From a virus, in IMG/VR virus record IMGVR_UViG_3300044953_000102, positions 50,944 through 114,943 of that record: a stretch of 64,000 nt of DNA; one strand, written 5' to 3'. Positions 62,401 to 64,000 of this stretch are shown one piece after another; positions within the stretch are counted from its first letter, which is position 1, and the number at the start of each line of letters is the position of its first letter. The position numbers were made by a program, and so were the translations under genes. The notes under the pieces were generated by a model. That model was not told where the DNA came from, did not search any database, and saw only the letters and a program-made list of their open reading frames with translations.

Positions 62401-64000
62401 GAAAAACTGTTAGCTGTACAAGCATTAGATAATGCATTTAATTTCTTCCATCTTTTTCAAGATAATGAGAATTCATTTGCTGTTAGAATGACACAGCTTT
62501 TACAGAATTATCCAAATCTTAAAAAAGATTTTCCTGTTTTGTCTAAATTAAAATTTGATTCTTCAAAACAAGAATCTGCATTTAATTTATATATAGCTGA
62601 TAAAGATTTTGATAATGATAAATCTAATCTATATACAAATGACTTAAAGAAGCTTGCTGATCCTACAGTTAACAAAGTAAATGACCCTGTAGAAAATGCA
62701 AGAATAAGTTCTATGTTTAAATATCTAAATCTATATGCATTCTTACAAACAGGATTAAATAAAACTAAATTAAGCTTTACAAATATCACTGACTTTACTG
62801 ATATACTAACTATCTTAGAAAGTGAAGCTGAATTATTTATGAATGCATTAGATAAAAATGGGGTTAATCTTTTAGATAATTTTTATGATTTATTTGTAAG
62901 ACAAAATAACTCAGATATAAATACTAATAAATCACGGTTTAAAGATTATCTTTCTAATATAGATTATGAAAATCCTGAAAAAATTAAACGTCCTGAAACA
63001 GCAACTGAGTTAACTGCTCAACAACCCACTCAAGGTAGTGTTAAACCAGGAGTAGATGAACTATTTGAATCTAATCCTGAATTAGCTAATCAGATACACG
63101 AGGTTTTAGGATTTAAAATAGAGTTAAACGATACTTTTATAAATAACTTAAAAACCACTGGTTATAATAAGTATAAAAAGTTAAATACATACGATTTAGA
63201 AAAAGAAGCGTCTAAATTAGGTGTCACTTTAAAAAAAGTAGAAGCAGGAATACCCATTCCTTTTAATAAATTTCAAGACATTAATAGTGCTTTTCAATAT
63301 ATATTGAGTTCTTCTTTACCTAATAGATTAAATATAGACTCTCTTATTAAACTAAAAAAAGAGTATTTGATTAAAGTACAATCAGAAAACGACAGGCAAT
63401 TAGGATTAAACAGTATAGATTATTTAATTGAGTTGTTAAATAATCAAGTAACTCCGCAACAAAAACAACAAGCTCAACAACTTTATTCTCAATATCTAAA
63501 TACTATATTTCCAGATAGTAAAGTGAAGGATATTGTTTATCATGGTACTAAAGGAGAAAAATTTGATAAGTTTATATCTTCTGAAAAAGGAGAATTTGGC
63601 AAAGGTGTTTATTTTGGAAATTATCAAACAGCTTTAGAAAATACGGATACGTTAGATGATTTTACATTAGAACCGAAGATAGGTTTTAATAAAAATAAAA
63701 TCATAGCTGCTGTAATAAATACTCAAAATATATTTGAAAGAAATTTAGGAGGAAATGGAGTTAGAAATGAATATGTAGTTGAACCAGAACAAATCCACAT
63801 ATTAGGTAGTAAACAAGATATAGAAGGGTTTAAAGAGTTTGTTAGTCAACCATCTACTCAACAACAAGGTAGTGTTACAAATAATCCAGCAGAATATACT
63901 AATTATCATGGAGGTGCTAAAAAGTATGATACTTATTGGGAAACTGATGGTAAAACTTTTGGAGTGGAAAAACATACTGTGTACACTACTGATTCTTATG
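53470..64000 (+). CDS. Virion-packaged DNA-dependent RNA polymerase polyprotein (crAss-type), 3'-truncated
   Basis: ATG53470; absent from the ORF track, consistent with no stop before the window end (>3500 aa). Catalytic KSGADFDIDK at 60529-60558, RIPVQG ~60424, ADGQG ~59176; zincin HEAWH at 56005; ART-like VYHGT at ~63535. Confidence 0.9.
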   Translation, partial: MACSLNRDQVLDLYEVIYGEIIDRIKDSNLPAIDINQLIKETYSVVKEGSGDQVKALLYAQAIPDVFQLVTQDEEVNDYLVDNNFDFTGLAKMRKRFADLAEVGKDVAQEKMSKDEIDSKIKETNKSKKDFSLKVDVDPKILWSFNEENGAKVSSVWTTTIQMAVAQNPETVSDEDRNKMDPEKKLFSDVVKSIARIAKERSGNEPIIYQGRVLTLTALLTRNIDRDLLTTSDKTHMEKNPDDKGISAVITDEDGNFLYFTEEGNITDNPEEGRIVYQYLRRVTNQNGELYIGNPQNKQGRKYTLIDPEVLAKRHAEKIEENGGKVSKELLNSLIKQYTENQLRQVNQLYELRKLIENGNVEQIILPITRATFGVAPTATKRVTIVEAGITEADVKRAVPITSGKYRGYQYLIVQKNKPGEIVAEQELLISYSSITPEIAEKIATVLTTKALLKGRELTPDERKAYFELFINNTKKNDSNTNRDRIQVFTRVINGEKTFVVEIAGKKIPETVLYTEEGKQMIVDHLLGVSNTARPKYVATGKEIGSNEYWPANVSFNFTGMKKPFPDYEIEGNTIKETLKNYFDTIKSFVRVVYTDQTLAEEEGLNAYINYVIPEGTIDNEGTIPLYRPKTQTQPQTKTKTDKEVTKPTTKSQSRNKPANTSTPQKESTYTISMKNQIKDAGGKVENYKPRMKVDELAKAVGLTEKQIIQFRANALDASPDIKSTVPAKPLTEAEVKETNVENNPATRVNLFADILEGSSNSALYKKAEKNGLNRDKLRGKFLDKVFTSKADREAAERWWKNSPLSKFISLERITEVVNSDAFATWAGYGITLYEADGGTSVDLYHEAWHGFSQLFLSKNTKIDMYEKLLKLPKYANRKYATKEDAYFDIEEDLAEEFRDYAKSKGKKTTKGFLSKIFDAIYQFIKNMFGRTNKKQVATNLQDIDTVKEMFDKLYRASENPEILSNLKPSMDNVMFGKLNRAKTINDNFTLEESKKISNAMDSMMAVIFQNYNRDFNTSAAAIKLLKNPEYKKDLYKDIYDRFERLRISYIDQLELNDELLLDPKFVKEYDLLVKITDNYGNLTGTLDGKEKNNVIAYHLEKSKFKILREQYIEIEDPSNIEKSSIFIKNDGNTISAKELASIETMMLLASVFKVTRINGEVVQSREGLFGLPELQDVDITWNRLAKILQGSYDEMDMYIRIYENSENYPELKQLLNLLPDPFKIKMGSEYESSLEFDSETNFWQDFKKPRIPYIQLNLNKEYKKSEGAPTIKEYEARIAKANFDVYQVIQDWKSNFATADSTINPYIIKDKYDRNLLNTAKIVADFGTDGRFNYKKANEFLQALGIVLDQSSTAIQSILNNTTKPFSATFGVDRMYEVIKKVNKSISPDAFLFKRDPLTFLLNGLPSSLRDNEKQSEEVRGRLRAIAEIQNKFSDSYSNFSVQTPEGNRVWEHMVDNTITRIVTAINFAKNWQELTTDAADPAGRFKQMRWLNEANNTFSPFSKILRSIFDLDPMSSTYGEKITDTKLTLSNVAGTQMVSYKNEGGTSTAAMDATSKYLQEFHTMLLNGVEEFMRHASKNTAMGLSVDGDIITYNGKKAGRLYVDIESFLEYADGEIKGYDIVEGYIAAEANRIVRFQQDIDKYKNYAGYNRKVKRKDNQKTPVMAGQAFTAFDDVLSQGVQAEIYSILDKVSKNPLADFNFISELDNNPELRNKIRKDVAEYFNQDTDENLKRLQKAKYIDKGLFNRVKITNDQLTDDEVERALVKAYTYNSFIHKMETVILAYGDLAQYNHAKEEFHKRNAGLGSGGRGFRADARAQVYLSSLKNYYAERRGYNVRNYDGTLVTAIMKEMTFNSVMYKEYRDAIEEAVFERTKDKKKAKEIADISASEYFNEDKPQMKIADGQGLISFEWYRILKNAEGNWSAEQELLYRKVSLGENITAEDVVEFFPPYKLQYFGNIEATGLPINSFHKFSLAPIIPGVWKEGTPIFDLHEKMMEDQVDYVLFESGSKVSHLGSGDQILNPNGTFNKDVKFTKNIIFADFLKNQTEINSSYKDKSIFSTQMRKMILEGLYERGKIKSTKYNDITNDRVKKYIRNVEEYTNLLKLELLEEMGYEETSPGVYKTKDNSSTGKLLNMIRQNLEREDLLSDDLIEFIDVYDESGELEHDLSFHPEAAKIEKLLLSMINKRIIKQKVSGEPLVQVSVGLTAGQFTKPDLRKATKDEIKKWASATYLLPGYHRKSNGYTAASKVMIAMRGTYYNLFNLEYQDGETVGVYFEDGKLDMDASLARLNEKIKDDAWLDADNEANRKAITLVGVRIPVQGLAQMEFAEVFEFLPPQAGNIIIVPADIVAKSGADFDIDKMTTYITTLDEQGKVIKREYKDNDEIKKLRGTDQFLQAITLQKIALENEMIQDMKNILELPENYASLIMPNGTFILKEIADKLASKVMEYNPKKNKMTEDTGEISPTRVLEALYNVYKHESNIVGKKTLGLGAIENTFNVIMNTLGAYMPDEYIISKEVRKSNMRLRHNKMDKNGKEVISMSDLYDVDGTNKISDVISQMMNGWVDVEKDAWIFFIQGNYEVAPTLLYLVKAGVPVKEAIYFVSNPLVREYVDEQRLAKSTFADVLGKKPKSPGLAKYQAASNIIKKYFDKDQLKGTSKNDERYLAGQDLLNEFFKGKKQKHFTENEMLDLIETDNRNSDIAKAMFLHYLELEQQIAGYTALKMSSNPDTSTKSTLSDVEQTEANIEDLFFDKRVPTEIVEAMIDDSILKSFFNGPLALAVSRPLFKLRYHKTISDYLIGKKDKIREDLEITFPGKNIEMFSNVFRNDLVSFIFQNAIRKYKKEDGFISLNMDTTIPTSMAKELKRGAFVKNGTLYLDMKQLQKEFKEKAWIKNSEAENSYENRGLYPLHPSTFMNNFEVNFNEYLNFVSQREYLRSITPMTQEYVDSFYFKEELKNTKELFEDLSNEKAVRYTYEKLLAVQALDNAFNFFHLFQDNENSFAVRMTQLLQNYPNLKKDFPVLSKLKFDSSKQESAFNLYIADKDFDNDKSNLYTNDLKKLADPTVNKVNDPVENARISSMFKYLNLYAFLQTGLNKTKLSFTNITDFTDILTILESEAELFMNALDKNGVNLLDNFYDLFVRQNNSDINTNKSRFKDYLSNIDYENPEKIKRPETATELTAQQPTQGSVKPGVDELFESNPELANQIHEVLGFKIELNDTFINNLKTTGYNKYKKLNTYDLEKEASKLGVTLKKVEAGIPIPFNKFQDINSAFQYILSSSLPNRLNIDSLIKLKKEYLIKVQSENDRQLGLNSIDYLIELLNNQVTPQQKQQAQQLYSQYLNTIFPDSKVKDIVYHGTKGEKFDKFISSEKGEFGKGVYFGNYQTALENTDTLDDFTLEPKIGFNKNKIIAAVINTQNIFERNLGGNGVRNEYVVEPEQIHILGSKQDIEGFKEFVSQPSTQQQGSVTNNPAEYTNYHGGAKKYDTYWETDGKTFGVEKHTVYTTDSY
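63031..63877 (+). repeat. 13-bp direct repeats CAAGGTAGTGTTA (63031-63043, 63865-63877) flanking an in-frame domain cassette
   Basis: Both encode QGSV within Q/P/T-rich linkers that bracket the ART-like module. Confidence 0.6.

Noticed and set aside
124-62789. All minus-strand ORFs and short nested plus-strand ORFs in the track (e.g. 8247..8720, 19048..19470, 27991..28398, 53876..54112)
   Set aside because: They overlap long + strand genes, have shadow-frame composition and show no recognisable motifs.
1-64000. Stop-codon reassignment (TAG/TGA) as in some crAss-like phages
   Set aside because: Genes are full length and tightly packed in the standard code; TAG acts as a real stop at 4261, 9040 and 9629.
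1-64000. tRNA or rRNA genes
   Set aside because: Intergenic gaps are short and explained by promoters and terminators; no cloverleaf or T-loop signature was seen.

Overview
The window is the virion (late) module of a large, AT-rich crAss-like phage (Crassvirales or a close relative). The host is probably Bacteroidota: there are no Shine-Dalgarno sequences, leaders are A-rich, and promoters resemble the -33/-7 type. All credible genes are on the + strand and read in the standard code. Gene order: terminase large subunit (5'-truncated), portal, scaffold-like protein, major capsid protein, a block of about 9 small Lys-rich proteins, ring/adaptor, ferritin, auxiliary capsid-like protein, Cys-rich tail/fibre genes, IHF-like protein, tail tube and muzzle. 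These are followed by a series of large cargo/ejection proteins carrying SET, zincin and PD-(D/E)XK domains, and a >3500-aa virion RNA polymerase (DFDID motif; 53470 to the end of the window, missing from the ORF track). The most interesting unexplained structures are: (i) a [M/F/Y/A]-x-x-G-(G) motif that punctuates the basic and cargo proteins at domain boundaries (candidate polyprotein-processing or packaging code); (ii) matched C-terminal acidic and N-terminal basic motifs on consecutive cargo genes (candidate head-to-tail docking); (iii) a 3'-UTR hairpin at 19713-19738 whose loop is complementary to AACCAACAAA boxes placed just before three start codons (candidate phage trans-acting sRNA); (iv) a SET methyltransferase co-encoded with histone-tail-like basic proteins; (v) a palindromic operator overlapping late promoters; (vi) a possible +1 frameshift. 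All family assignments come from motif recognition and synteny, not from database searches.
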